Assembly (NCBI RefSeq): GCF_964213995.1
Contig: NW_027590261.1
Span: 434,001 to 498,000 of the forward strand
Length of the DNA: 64,000 bases
Direction of reading: 5' to 3'
Source of the DNA: Mustelus asterias
Taxonomy: Eukaryota
Each line of letters starts with the position of its first letter. Within the stretch, counting starts at the first letter, position 1. Shown piece by piece: positions 24,728-38,144 of the stretch. The translations under genes were made by a program, and so were the position numbers. Below the pieces are notes generated by a model that was given only the letters and a program-made list of their open reading frames with translations, was not told the origin of the DNA and made no database searches.

Positions 24728-25339
24728 ATGCTGCTACCCAGTTTTCGCATTGCTACTTTGTATTTGAAATAAATCACAAGATACTTCCTCGCCTTCTGTT
24801 TTAGCTTTCTGTCTTAAAAAAATGACAATAGTAAATATATCTGTATCTCCACACATCTGATTCAAAGAGATCACTGGCCAATAAATGATGGGATTCAAGT
24901 GGTTTCGTCCTCTTGTTATACTTTGGCTGGAGTTTGTTATGTAAAACTATAACTCCTTGTTTGTTTGCAATAGGGTGATGTTCATGGAATTTTCCGCTCA
25001 GTGTTGCATTAAACCTTCCCTTATGTTTCATTTCAGGGCTGATTCAAGCAGATTCTGTGTCTCTTCCACAGACTGAACTGCATATCACTAAAGGAGATAG
25101 AGTGAAAATGGACTGCAGTTTCACAAAAAACAACAATAACCCCGATCCCTACTGGTACAGGTAGCACAACGACAGAAGAGACGCAGATTTCGCCAAGCGG
25201 AAATTCGAGGCCGGTCAGACTAATGCAGAAAATAACTTCCCTTTAACGATTGCTCGAGCAGAAATCCAAGACACTGCTGTCTATTTCTGCGTGTTGAGAG
25301 ACACGGAGATGTAAAACTCAACAGTCGCTTACAAAAACT
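24728..25339 (+). pseudogene. TCR V pseudogene, same family as the 23-kb V
   Basis: Probable damaged leader at 24728 (MLLPSFRIATLYL); exon from 25037 LIQADSVSLPQTELHITKGDRVKMDCSF...DPYWYR*, then a deletion/frameshift, then EDADFAKRKFEA...DTAVYFCVLR; RSS CACGGAG-22-ACAAAAACT (25302-25339). Confidence 0.9.
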
Positions 25340-27464
25340 TCACCAAACAGAACTGGCACAGGTGCTGTCTCCAGTTCAAGTTCTATCCACGGCTCTGTAT
25401 TAACTGTTAAATTTCTCAATTCTGTCTTCTCTAATTCAGAAAGTTGTGGTTTCAGGTCTGCCTCCAGAGACCTTAGCGCACATTCCAGCTGCCACTTACA
25501 CTGCCAGTGCGAATGGAGTAGGAGCGTCTCCACAGTGAATTGCTCAGGTAAAGTACTAAATGGACGCTCCGCCTGGCCTTTCTGGAGCATCTTAAACACT
25601 TCACCTCACTAGTTTCGAAAGCATGACAGCTCTCCAAGATTTTTAAACCTCAGTCGACAAGCTTCAAAAGATGATCACATCACCGGGATCTTGCTATGGC
25701 ATGGTGACTCTTTCCTCGATTGCAATAGTGACTGCACTTCACATTCAATTCATTTGTATTGTGGACAGGCTTGATGAACTCAGCTTTCCTTCTCTGTCTG
25801 TCATTGTTGGCAGAAATAGTAAATCCAGCATTGCAAAATGCAGACATATTTTTCAGTTTCTCACTCGCCACACGTAATGCCAATTGCCTGACTCGGCCTG
25901 GCTCTGTGGCCACTGGGTGTTTAAATAACCAAACTGGGGTTTCTGTATCAATCCAAAGACAGCACTTGAGCTCAGTCCTCCAAAAGGCTCCCTAGTTCCG
26001 AGCGTGCAATATTTGACTGGACGCCAAACCGCTTTCCTTCACTTTTAAGGTAATTTATCACATTAACCTGCTGAAGGTCTCTCCTCCATCTTCTCCTCAT
26101 CCACATTCGAGAAAAAGGTGTTTTAATGACCTCGTTTCTATTCTTTGAACGAAGGAAAGCGAAAACCACAGTTATACGAAGGAGAAAAAAAGCCTGATGA
26201 AATGTATGAGTTCAAAGGGGTTTTTTTTCTGGCGGTTTGCAAACCTGAGCAATTGTTGGTGACAAATGCTTATGAAGAAATGGGGAACATGGCAGCGTTG
26301 ACCTCGACATTTTCAGCTGTTACTTTTTTATCACGACCAATGTTGTGTTCGTGTTTGGAGTTGAAGAGCAATTATTGTAAAGCCGTGAGAACAGACTATA
26401 AGATGAAGAACAGGAATCATGGAGATGCTACAGTAAATCATAAAGCAGTGAAATTCAGTGCAAAACAGTTGAGCTCTGAAAGTGACTGGCACCGACAGGT
26501 CAAAGTGTCCCTTCAGTGATTTAAGCGACAGAGGTCTCGTTGATCTGCTGTTTTACTCAAGAGTATTCAGGTTTGTTTTTGTACCAGAGTAAGACTCTGA
26601 ATACTGCGGGCACGTTTAATGGGATGCAAGTCAACAATTTCCATTTAATGTAGCAGTTATGCAACATGGTGATGTAGCTGCAAAGCCACCAGCCCAGGAA
26701 TTCAAATTTCCATGCTGATAATGTCAGCACATCGGTTCAATTCTCACCATGACAGCGGGTGGAATTTAATCAATTAAACGAATTATTAGAAGCAATATTG
26801 CATTGACAATAGGGTAGTCTCAGTGATGATAATGATTGGTTGTCACAAAAGAACCTGCTACACTAAAATTCTTTCGGAAAGGAAACCTTTACCTGGTCTG
26901 GCCATTATGTTCCTGTAGACACACAGAAATGTGATTGCCCCTGAAATGGCCGAACAAAGTAACTACCAGGCACACCTGAATCACTGAAACAATCAAAGAA
27001 AAACACTCTTAAAGTTCATTTTTCCGGTGTACATTCATAAGTTTCTGGCTGCATTTTTGGGTCTCCTGAATGCAGTATTTAGAAGCATGGTGTCATTAAA
27101 TCAGATCTCACTGATAGTTTTGCACAAACATTGGTCCTGCTAACCCCTCATATTCATTCAAAACTTCCCTCATTTCACAGGATGTTGTGAACGGTCAGTG
27201 GGTATTTACTCATCATCATTGGCACACCGGTATTCATGTCAAATGTGAGCTGTGAACGTTTCAGTTGCTGAGAAAGAATGTTCACATCTGCACGGACAAA
27301 ACATACCGATGAAATCGAATGAAGTTAAGCATAGAAATGCAGACAAAATAAGCTTACTTCTAAATATCAATAAAAGCAGTTAAATTCGTTAGAAGTACTC
27401 CTGACATAAGTATGGAAATAAATCAGGAATCAAGTGGAACTGAAAAGTCAAATAACCAAACACA

Positions 27465-27790
27465 ACATTCTACTGATACAGGGACTAGATTGATATAAAC
27501 TGAGACAGGGTCCAGATTAATACAGAGTGGGACAGGGTCAAGTGTAGTGATTATTGATACAGGGTCTAGATTAATATCAACTGAGATAGGGTCGATATTA
27601 ATATAATGTGGGGCAGGGTCAAGTGCAGTGAATACTGATATAGGGTCCAGATTAATATAAACTAAAATGGACTAGTGCAGTTATTACTAATGCAGGGTCT
27701 AGATTAATGTAAACTGAGAAGTTGTCTAATTAAGTTATTACTAATACAGGGACGAGATTAATAAAAGCTGAGGCAGCTTCTAGTGCATTC
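27465..27790. repeat. degenerate tandem repeat (TACTGATACAGGGTCTAGATTAATATAAACTGAGACAGGGTC-like)
   Basis: Recurrent AGGGTC.AGATTAAT motif; similar decayed arrays at ~21200-21900, ~47550-48260, ~53000-53880 and ~58100-60000. Confidence 0.6.
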
Positions 27791-27930
27791 ATTAGGAGTG
27801 AAGAAGTTGACAGAGGTAAATTGGATTCCTCTGTGTGTGTGTTGAGTGGCTGACAACCTCATTGTGATTGCTTTTGTCCGAGATTCTAGACAACCTCAGC
27901 AGGCAGGAACCGCAGTTTCAATCGGAAGAC

Positions 27931-28416
27931 AGTTTTTGTATAGGGTCGGTATTGTTTTCAATCACTGTGAGTCCCAGAGAGAGCACAGTAATACGCGGCA
28001 ACATTAATCAGCTGCAAGTCTATGATGGTTAAACTTGTGGTGGAGTCTGACAGCTGGAGGTCTGAAGCAAACCGTTTTCCTAACGCTGAGCCTTTCCATT
28101 CCACAACATTCCAAGACCGTCTCCAGACAACAAACTGGGGCTCCTTCGCTGATGGCTCCAGGTCCCAATATACAAGACACGTTTCTTCTGTAGTGCGATA
28201 GGTACATTTTATTATCACGGCTTTCCCTTCTCTCCCGCTCTCTGAAGATTGGGACGGAATAACTGAATCTCCATCACTCTGATTTGTAATGTGTTCAGGA
28301 GCAAGACAAGATCGCGCATTCATATAAAATATAACGCCAGTTTGAATGGAACACTATTGGAATCATCCTCACCGACAATGAGTATCCCAAACACAATCCA
28401 GACCGAATATCTACAT
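27931..28416 (-). pseudogene. inverted TCR delta/alpha V pseudogene with 23-RSS
   Basis: Leader 28416-28373 has a 1-nt insertion (ATG TAG; corrected MRYSVWIVFGILIV); acceptor mutated (TTACAA); open V exon DQSDGDSVIPSQ...IIKCTY...VYWD...AAYYCALSG; RSS CACAGTG(27969-27963)-23-ACAAAAACT(27939-27931). Confidence 0.9.
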
Positions 28417-28779
28417 GGCTGCTGCCGAGCCCGAATTTCTCTTTTCCGTTTTAATGTCAAACCGCAACAAGATTAAACACACACACGGGATTCAGTTTGT
28501 TAAAATCACTTCCTTCTCCATTGTTTTCCGGCAATGTCGCAATCTACAATATAGCCGCATATGTTTAAACTAGATTCAAATGAGGGCCTTGGGTCAGCTG
28601 AAGTCCTTTCACCGGCAGGATTAAATATGTACTGGTGGAAGCAGTCACTCAGTTAGTACAATCGACAGAGCGCGCTTAAATGTAGTTTTACTGAGGTCTG
28701 AGATTCATTTCCTGGGACCGAGTTGGTCAGTTTTCCGCCTGAATACGCATTTCTTTTGGAGCTGGATGGTGGATTGACT

Positions 28780-31700
28780 TCAATGTCAGGTACTCTTCAT
28801 GTTCAAACCCCAACGGGCCAGACTACTGCAAGAGCGCACTACCAAGCTACCAGCAACACGTCTCCTCTTCCAGCAGAGGGCCAAACAGCCTAGACCACTG
28901 CTCCACAAATCAAACATGTGGGTTTGTAGGTCTCTTTGGAGGTCAAATAGTTCGGATGGGGCAGTTTTCGTGCAGTGTCTGCAGGAGGGTTTCCTGACAC
29001 AATATGTGGATAGGCCGACAAGAGGTGAGACGACATTGGATTTGGTACTGGGAAATGAACCAGGCCAAGTGTTAGATTTGGTTGTGGGAGAGCACTTTGG
29101 AAGTAGTGACCACAATTCGGTGTCTTTTGTTATTGCAATGGAGAGGAATAGGGCCGTACGGCAGGGCAAGGTTTACAATTGGGGGAGAGGTAATTATGAT
29201 GCGATTAGGCAAGAATTAGGGGGCATAAGTTGGGAACAGAAACTGTCAGGGAAAGGCACTAATGAAAAGTGGAACTTTTTCAAGGAACAAATACTGGGTG
29301 TCCTTGATAGGTATGTCCCTGTCAGGCAGGGAGGAAATGGCCGAGTGAGGGGACCATGGTTCACGAAAGAGGTGGAATGTCTTGTGAAAAGGAAGAGGGA
29401 AGCTTATGTAGGGATGAGGAAACAAGGTTCAGATGGCTCGATTGAGGGTTACAAGTTAGCAAGGAACGAGCTGAAAAGGGGGCTTAGGAGAGCTAGGAGG
29501 GGGACATGAGAAGTCCTTGGGCGGGTCGGATCAAGGAAAACTTGATCCGAGCTGGTAGCTTGGTAGTGCGCTCTTGCAGTGGTCTTTCTACTCTTATGTG
29601 AGGAATAAAAGAATGGCCAGGGTGAGGTTAGGGCCGGTCAAGGACAGTAGTGGGAACTTGTGTATGGAGTCAGTAGAGATAGGCGAGGTGATGAATGAAT
29701 ACTTTTCTTCAGTGTTCACCAAGGAGAGGGGCCATGTGTTTGAGGAACAGAAGGTGTTACAGGCGAATAGGCTGGAGGAACTAGATATTCGGAGGGAGGA
29801 TGTCCTGGCAGTTTTGAATAAACTGAAGGTCGATAAGTCCCCTGGGCCTGATGAAATATGTCCCAGGATTCTTTGGGAGGCAAGGGATAGATTGCGGAGC
29901 CTTTGGCTTTGAACTTTGGGTCCTCACTGTCCACGGGGATGGTGCCAGACGACTGGAGAATGGCGAATGTTGTTCCTCTGTTTAAGAAAGGGAATAGAAA
30001 TGACCCTGGCAATTATATACCGGTTAGTCTTACTTCGGTGGTTGGTAAATTGATGGATAAGGTCCTTAGGGATGGGATTTACGACCATTTAGAAATATGC
30101 GGATTAATCCGGGATACTCAGCACGGATTCGTGAAGGGCAAGTCGTGCCTCACAAATGTGATTGAATTTTTTGAGGAGGTAACTAAGTGTGTTGATGAAG
30201 GTAGGGCAGTTGATGTCATACACATGGATTTTAGTAAGGCGTTTGATAAGGTCCCCCATGGTCGGCTTATGATGAAAGTGAGGAGGTGTGGGATAGAGGG
30301 AAAGTTGGCCGATTGGATCGGTAACTGGCTGTCTGATCGAAGACAGAGGGTGGTGGTGGATGGAAAATTTTCAGATTGGAGGCTGGTTGCTAGCGGTGTG
30401 CCACAGGGATCAGTGCTTGGTCCTCTGCTCTTTGTGATTTTTATTAATGACTTAGAGGAGGGGGCTGAAGGGTGGATCAGTAAATTTGCTGATGACAACA
30501 AGATTGGTGGAGTAGTGGATGAGGTGGAGGGCTGTTGTAGACTGCAAAGAGACATAGTTAGGATGCAAAGCTGGGCTGAAAAATGGCAAATGGAGTTTAA
30601 CCCTGATAAATGTGAGGTGATTCATTTTGGTAGGACTAATTTAAATGTGGATTACAGGGTCAAAGGTAGGGTTCTGAAGACTGTGGAGGAACAGAGAGAT
30701 CTTGGGGTTCATATCCACAGTTCTCTGAAGGTTGCCACTCAAGTGGAATGGAGCTGTGAAGAAGGCCTATAGTGTGTTAGCTTTTATTAACAGGGGGTTG
30801 GAGTTTAAGAGCCGTGGGGTTATGCTGCAACTGTACAGGACCTTGGTGAGACCACATTTGGAATATTGTGTGCAGTTCTGGTCACCTCACTATAAGATGC
30901 ATGTGGAAGCGCTGGAAAGAGTGCAGCGGAGATTTACCAGGATGCTGCCTGGTTTGGAGGGTAGGTCTTATGAGGAAAGGTTGAGGGAGCTAGGGCTGTT
31001 CTCTCTGGAGCGGAGGAGGCTGAGGGGAGACTTCATAGAGGTTTATAAAATGATGAAGGGGATAGATAGAGTGAACGTTCAAAGACTATTTCCTCGGGTG
31101 GATGGAGCATAAGGGGGCATAACTATAGGGTTCGTGGTGGGAGATACAGGAAGGATATCAGAGGTAGGTTCTTTACACAGGGAGTGGTTGGGGTGTGGAA
31201 TGGACTGCCTGCACTGATAGCGGAGTCAGACACGTCAGGAACACTTAAGCGGTTATTGGATAGGCCCATGGAGCACACCAGGATGATAGGGAGTGGGATA
31301 GCTTGATCTTGGTTTCAGATAAAGCTCGGCACAACATCGTGGGCTGAAGGGCCTGTTCTGTGCTGTATTGTTCTATGTTTCTATCTATGTCTTCCGCTCG
31401 ATCGCGCGCTGACACCTTGGCAAATCAGATCACAATGTTCTGCTCCTGCTCCCGGCTTACAAGCAAAAACTGAAGCGGGAGTATCCGTCAAAGAAAGTTG
31501 TGCAATGTTGTTCAGAGGAATAGGATGATCTCTTAGATTCAATGGACTAGTCAGTGTTTGAAAACTCTGCGACTAGTCTGAACAAGTGCACCACTACTGT
31601 AACTGACTTCATTAGTAAGTGTGTAGAAGACTGAGTGCCAAAGAAGCAAACCCATGTGTTCCCCAGATGGAAACCATGGATGAACAGGGATATGCACTGC

Positions 31701-33178
31701 GTGCTGAAATCCAGGTCTGAGGCGTTCAAGTCAGGCGAACCTGATCTATAGGAAAAGCCAGATACGATATAAGGAGATCCATCAAAGATGCCAAAAGACA
31801 GTAGTGGACCAAGCTTGAGTCCAAGCTAGCCACACGGACACGCACCGCCTATGGCAAGGTCGCCGGCTCCAACACAGCTCTCCCTGATGAGCTCGATGCA
31901 TTGTACGCCCATTTTGAGCAAGAAAGGTTCGAAAGGTTATTCACGACAGGAATCAATTCCAGGCTCCCAGACTGCCTGGATACACTACAGGTCGCCTACC
32001 ACCGAAACAGGTCCGCAGCAGACGCCATCTACCTGGCCCTGCACTCAACCATGGAACACCGTGATAACAAGGATACCTATGTCAAACTCCTATTTATTGA
32101 CACCATTAGCCCGACGAAACTCAGTTCCAAGCTGCTGGGCCTCGGCACCTCCCTCTGCGACTGGATCCTGAACTTCCTAACTCACAGACCACAATCAGGA
32201 ACGATAGGCAACAACACCTCCTCCAAGATCATACTCAAAACCGGTGCCCCACAAGGCTGTGTTCTCAGCTCCCTACTGTACTCCTTATACACCTATGATT
32301 GTGTGGGAACATTCTCCTCTAACTTGATTTTCCAGTTTGCAGCCGACACCACTGTAGTGGGTCGGATCTCAAACGATGACGAGACAGAGTACAGGAATGA
32401 GATGGAGAATCTGGTGAACTGGTGCGACGACAATAATCTCTCCCTCAATGTCAACAAAACGGAGGAGATTATTATTCGACTTTTGGAAGTGTCTGGAGGA
32501 CATGCCCCGTCTACATTAACGAGAACGATGTGGAAATGTTCGAAAGCTTACCGTTTTTAGGTGTCCAGATCACCAACAACTTGTCTTAGTCACCCCACGC
32601 CGACATTATAGTTACGAAAGCCCACCAACGCATCTACTTTCCCAGAAGACGAAGGAAATTTGGCATGTCAGCTACGTCTCTCACCAACTTTAGCAGATGC
32701 ACCACAAAACGCATTATTTCTGGTTATATCATAACTTAGTATGGCTCTGCCCTAGACCGCAAGTAACTAAAAAAGGTCATGATTGTAGCCCAATTCATCA
32801 CGCAAACCACCCCTCCCATCCATTGTCTCTGTCTACACATCGCGCTGCCCCAACAAAGGAGACGGCATAACGAAGGAGCCCACGCACCCTGGACGTTCTC
32901 TTTTCCACCTTCTTGCATCAGAACAAGATACAAAGGTCGCATACCAACCGACTCAAGAACATCTTCTACTTTGCTGCTATCAGACTTTTTAATGGATCTA
33001 CCTTGCACTAAGTTCATCTTTCACTACACCGTAGCAATGACTGTAACACTACATTCTGCACTATCTCGTTTCCTTCTATATGAACCATATGCGTTGTCTG
33101 TATAGTGCGCAAGAAACAACACTTTTCACTGTATACTAATACATGCGACAACAATAAATCAAATCAAATCAAGTCAAA
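28780..33178 (+). mobile_element. decayed Rex1/Babar-like LINE split by a nested CR1 insertion
   Basis: Left piece ~28780-28920 (LPKL.QHVS..RG.N.LDHC-like) continues at ~31390 (HLGKSDHN..LLLPAYKQKLKRE); RT ORF 31901-32560 [19 protein letters not shown]; (AAATC)n tail at ~33156-33178. Confidence 0.8.
28920..31389 (+). mobile_element. CR1 (HER1-like) LINE, endonuclease-end to RT and tail, frameshifted
   Basis: FLTQYVDRPTRGETTLDLVL...SDHNSV, KSPGPD, FADD and EYCVQFWSP motifs; tail TGTTCTATGTTTCTATCTATG. Confidence 0.95.
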
Positions 33179-34088
33179 GACACTGAGCCGTATTGTCACT
33201 GTCCGCTCTGTAAAAGAGGAGTTGGATATTTAAGGTAACCCATTTGTAAACCCCGCCCTCCCGTTTCAGGGTGACCCTTGTGTCCCCAGTAATTCTCTGA
33301 GAGCAATAGGTGGTGAATTGTCTGGAAGTGAATATAAGTGTACAGAGCTGTGCTACAGCCTGTGTCTGTTTAGGGAATTCATTCCAAAGTCTTATTGGGC
33401 TTAAGATTGAATGAACGAATGATGACTAGGTTGGGATCTCATTGCTGGAGGCTTGCCTTCCAGCCTTACTTCTATTTACTTTGAGGAGGTAAATAGGAGC
33501 ACAGTGAATACAATGATTGACAGATGAGAAATCCTCTTATCAAATGGCAGAACACTTTCGAGGAACTGAAAGGATTCCTCCTGTTGCAGCAGGAGAATAA
33601 TGCTATTTCAAATTGTAGAGACATTGATGGACAGGGAGAAATCTAAAGAGAGTAAAAGAGAGAGGTAATTGTTGTCCAGTAACAACAGCCCTCTATCTGT
33701 AATGGAGCCGTGACACAAAATGTCTAAAATTTCCAGTTCTCCCAAAATAAGTATGTTGCTCACATTCAAACCGCAGGATCTGAGAGATGTGCGCCTGCAA
33801 AGTCTTTTCTCTGTTCAGTTTCCAATTTCCCCCCTGAACAGTTAAACAAACGGTTTCTGCAATGCAGCAGCTGACAGCTCAAAATCGGCCCATCAGCAAA
33901 ACGCCTGTGAGCCACACCGAAATCACACAATGGGACAACATACAATCACACATCATTGGAAATCAGAAATCCAGTAAGATGATATTAAAATGCATGTTTG
34001 TCTCGGTGTCTTCTTCTCAGGTCCTGTCGCGCTCTCTTTTATTATCTCTCCATTTCTCCCTCTCCCTTCCTTCACTATATTCGTCTTT

Positions 34089-35570
34089 TAGAACATGGAA
34101 CATAGAACAGTACAGCACAGAAAAGGCCCTTCGGCCCACGATGTTGTGCCGAACTTTGTCTGAAACCCAGATCAAGCTATTTCCTCCCTATCATCCCGAC
34201 GTACTCCATGTGCCTATCCAATAGCTTCTTAAATGTTCCTAAAGTTTCTGACTCCACTATCCCTGCAGGCAGTCCATTCCACACCCCAACCACTCTCTGC
34301 GTAAAGAACCTACCTCGGACATCCTTCCTATATCTCCCACCATGAACCCTATAGTTATGCCCCCTAGTTACCACTCCATTCACCCGAGGAAATAGTCTTT
34401 GAACGTTCACTCTATCTATCCCCCTCATTATCTTGTAAACCTCTATCAAGTCTCCTCTCAACCTCCTCCGCTCCAAAGAGAAAAGCCCAAGTTCCCTCAA
34501 CCTTTCCTCATAAGACCTACCCTCCAAACCAGGCAGCATCCTGGTAAATCTCCTTTGCACTCTTTCCAGTTTCTCCACATCCTTCTTGTAGTGAGGTGAC
34601 CATAACTGCACACAATATTCCAAATGTGGTCTCACCAAGGTCCTGTACAGTTGCAGCGTAACCCCACGGCTCTTAAACTCAAATCCCCTGTTAATGAACG
34701 CCAACACACTATAGGCCTTCTTCACGGCTCTATCCACTTGAGTAGCAACCTTCAGAGATCCGTGGATATGAACCCCAAGATCTCTCTGTTCCTCCACATT
34801 CTTCAGAACCCTACCTTTGACCCTGTAATCCACATTTAAATTTGTCCTACCAAAATGAATCACCTCGCATTTGTCAGGGTTAAACTCCATTTGCCATTTT
34901 TCAGCCCAGCTCTGCATCCTATCTATATCTCTTAGAAGCCTACAACAGCCCTCCACCTCATCCACTACTCCACCAATCTTGGTGTCATCAGCAAGTTTAC
35001 TGATCCACCCTTCAGCCCCCTCCTCCAAGTCATTTATAAAAATTACAAATAGCAGAGGACCAAGCACTGATCCCTGTGGCACTCCGCTGGTAACCGGTTT
35101 CCAGTCCAAAAATTTTCCATCCACCACCACCCTCTGTCTTCTGTTAGATAGCCAGTTACCTATCCAATCGGCCAAACTTCCCTCTATCCCACACATCCTT
35201 ACTTTCTTCATAAGCCGACCGTGGGGGACTTTATCAAACGCCTTACTAAAATCCATGTATATGACATCAACTGCACTACCTTCATCAACACACTTAGTTA
35301 CCTCCTCAAAAGATTCTATCAAATTTGTGAGGCAAGACTTGCCCTTCACAAATCCGTGCTGACTATCCCGGATTAAGCTGCATCTTTCTAAATGGTCGTA
35401 AATCCTATCCCTAAGGACATTTTCCATCAACTTACCGACCACCGAAATAAGACTAACCGGCCTATAATTACCAGGATCATTTCTATTCCCTTTCTTAAAC
35501 AGAGGAACCACATTCGCCACTCTCCAGTCCTCTGGCACCACCCCCGTGGGAGGACGCAAAGATCAATGCC
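34089..35570 (-). mobile_element. 5'-truncated CR1 LINE with an open RT ORF (34177-35559)
   Basis: 460-aa ORF with the full RT motif set; same subfamily as 28920-31389. Confidence 0.96.
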
Positions 35571-35930
35571 AAAGACTTTTACTTTCTTCTTTTCTTTTTT
35601 CCTGATTCTAACTCTCAGACAGTCTTTCTTGAGCTCTCTGCTTCAATTGTTGCGTCCAACGCGCTAGCTCCTTGTGTCCCACGGCCTTCTGCTCCTTTAT
35701 TTTCGCTGCCGTTCTCTCTTCCTTTTTATGTTCCCTTGCCTTTCTCTCACTCTATTTTGTCAGGAACTCAATCATTCAGAATTGCCTTTTTACATCTATT
35801 AACTCTTTATTTCCGATCAGAATCGCCCAGCAGAATACGGTCGACATCTGATTCTGCTGCTGCCAGAGATGAAGGTTCAGAGTTTACCAACTGAACCCCT
35901 GTCACTCGGGTAATGTTGCAACCCAGTGGT

Positions 35931-36400
35931 AGCTTATGTTCGGCGCGTGTATCAGTTTGTATCACTGTGAATGTTCAGCGCAAAATAATACACACCACCG
36001 TCACTCAGCTGCATATCTGTCAGGGTTAAACTGAAGAAACGATCAGATACTCGGAGTGTTGAAGAAAATCGGTCTCCCACACGCTCAGCTTTCTCTGCTT
36101 CTCCCTCCGATTTCCTTTTGATTAAAAATACCGGCTTCTCCCTCGGTTTTTGTCGGTACCAGAGCAGGTCAGATTGGCGGCTGTCGAAGGAGCATGAACA
36201 GGGCAACACCATGCGTTCTTGCTCCAAGCATGATACTGACGGTGCAGTTTGCTTAACAGTATCAGAATAACATAGTCCGTCAAATGGTAACCAGAAAGTA
36301 AACATATGTTTAAATGTGGGGGATCTCAGTAAGCATTCATTCTCCTCAACAAAGAAGCATTGAATTATACAGCAAAGAACGAGAACATTCGGACTATTTT
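35931..36400 (-). pseudogene. inverted TCR delta-like V pseudogene
   Basis: GLCYSDTVKQTAPSVSCLEQERMVLPCSCSF...LLWYRQKPREKPVFLI...DGGVYYFALNI (Cys104 to Phe); acceptor and leader ATG damaged; RSS CACAGTG(35969-35963)-23-ACATAAGCT(35939-35931). Confidence 0.88.
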
Positions 36401-38112
36401 GCCTGTGCTGACAGATGATAAAGTTCCCATTTGCCCGTACCCACTGCTCTTTCCGCTCGCCCTGGAAATGTATTTCCATCAAATATTCATCCAGTTTCCT
36501 CTTTGATAGTTACCATGAAATCTGCTTGCGCTTCAAGCAACATATCAAACAAAACTTGCTGGCTAAACCCCGCAGGTCTGGCAGCATCTGGGAAGACAGA
36601 AATAGACCTAACATTACCGATGGGTCCATATGACTTTTATTCAGATTCTATAGATAGGACATATGGATTCGAAACATTAACCCTCTCCTTCTCTTGGTTG
36701 ACACACTTCAAGCAAAGCCTGATTATCGATGAAGATAATTTAACATTTAACTTTTTGTATTTATACACTTCCTATCAATAGAGGGCAAAAGTCTATATCT
36801 TTCTCTTAAAGTGCAATTTGAACGAACACCCTCAACGTTTTGGAAGCACAATGCAATTCTTCTTTCCCTTCAATAACTCATTGTTTAACTACTGGACGTT
36901 GCTGTAAACTTCACTGCAATCAAAGTGAATGGACAATCAAAACGCGCATCCCTCCGTCATCCATCGATACTACTGTCTCTCCGTCCATCAATCCATCTAT
37001 CCATGCTCTTTTATTCACTATAATGGCCGCCTAGCTCCCTTCAGTTTCTATATCCAACCGTCATTCAATTGTTAGACACAAAACTTCATTCTAATGCGAG
37101 CTAAACGACTCACCGAACTTCAGAAGAAGAATCAAAACGGAAACCACGAAATTCGTGGATACTTCTGTTCTCTCAGAATTGAATTCCTCTCCGACTTTGA
37201 GCTGTTCCAGAAGGCGAGCTACAATCGAACTGTTAGAATCTCCCTAAAGATCCTGCTGCCTTCAAGTAAATATCTGTGTAGTGGGCCTGTCTAGTTGATC
37301 CGACCAGCCGTTATTTGCCTCTCTTTCATAAGGAGTGTAGACTGAGTTTGCTGCTCTGAATAAAAGTAAAATTAGCAGGATGCGCCTCCAGTGAAGTTGC
37401 CCTTCTTTCTGAGACAAAGGAGGTGTTTCCGACGTCGCACAATGAGATTCCAATTTGCAGGAAGTCTCATCCAGGCCATAGCAGCCCTGTTTGACTGGTA
37501 GCTCTTCTACAAGTATTCACTCCCTCCACCACCGATGCACAGTGGCAGCCGTGTATACCATTTTCATGATATTCTAATCTACGGGAACTCACTAAGCCTC
37601 CTTAGGCGCTACATTTCAAACACAAAACAGCTGCAATCTAGAAAGAAACGCTAACACAGCCATTATGCAGACTCGGGCATTTCCTCCGTTCCTTCACTGT
37701 CCCTCGGTCTCTGTAAATATTCTAGAATTCCCTCCCTAATCGCGCTGTGGGTGTACATACACGACAGAGACTGCAACCGTTCAAGAAGGCAGTTCACCTC
37801 CACCTTATGAAGATAAATTAGAGATTGGTAATTTCTGCTGGCATCGCCTGAATTAAAAAACATAAATAATGTACTCGAGACCAAGTAGAGCATTTCAAGC
37901 ACAACTGTTGGTCACCTGATGAGCGTTTGGGCTCTCGCTGCCTGGAATTTCGACTGAAAGTTCAGAACTGGATTCCCCATTACAATCCTTGACTTTTATT
38001 TTAAACTGTGGGCGTGGCCTAATTTGCCGATGTTCGGATCTGAAGTATTTCAATTCATCTCTGCGATCCGGTCTCCCAGAGCAGTCCAGCACTGCAGTCT
38101 CCAGCTCCCCGC

Positions 38113-38120
38113 CATATAAA
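38113..38120 (+). promoter_or_regulatory. TATA box upstream of the NAR-TCR V leader
   Basis: CATATAAA about 30 nt before ATG 38145; GC-box-like GGGCGTGGC at ~38010. Confidence 0.55.
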
Positions 38121-38144
38121 CCATCAGCTCCAGGCAGCAGAGCA

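Noticed and set aside
26405-26560. NHGDA...DWHRQ peptide resembling a very decayed V
   Set aside because: No conserved Cys in frame, no YYC, no RSS or leader
30118-30555. Antisense ORFs over the LINE RT regions (also 34871-35362, 5107-5373)
   Set aside because: Shadow ORFs of CR1 coding sequence
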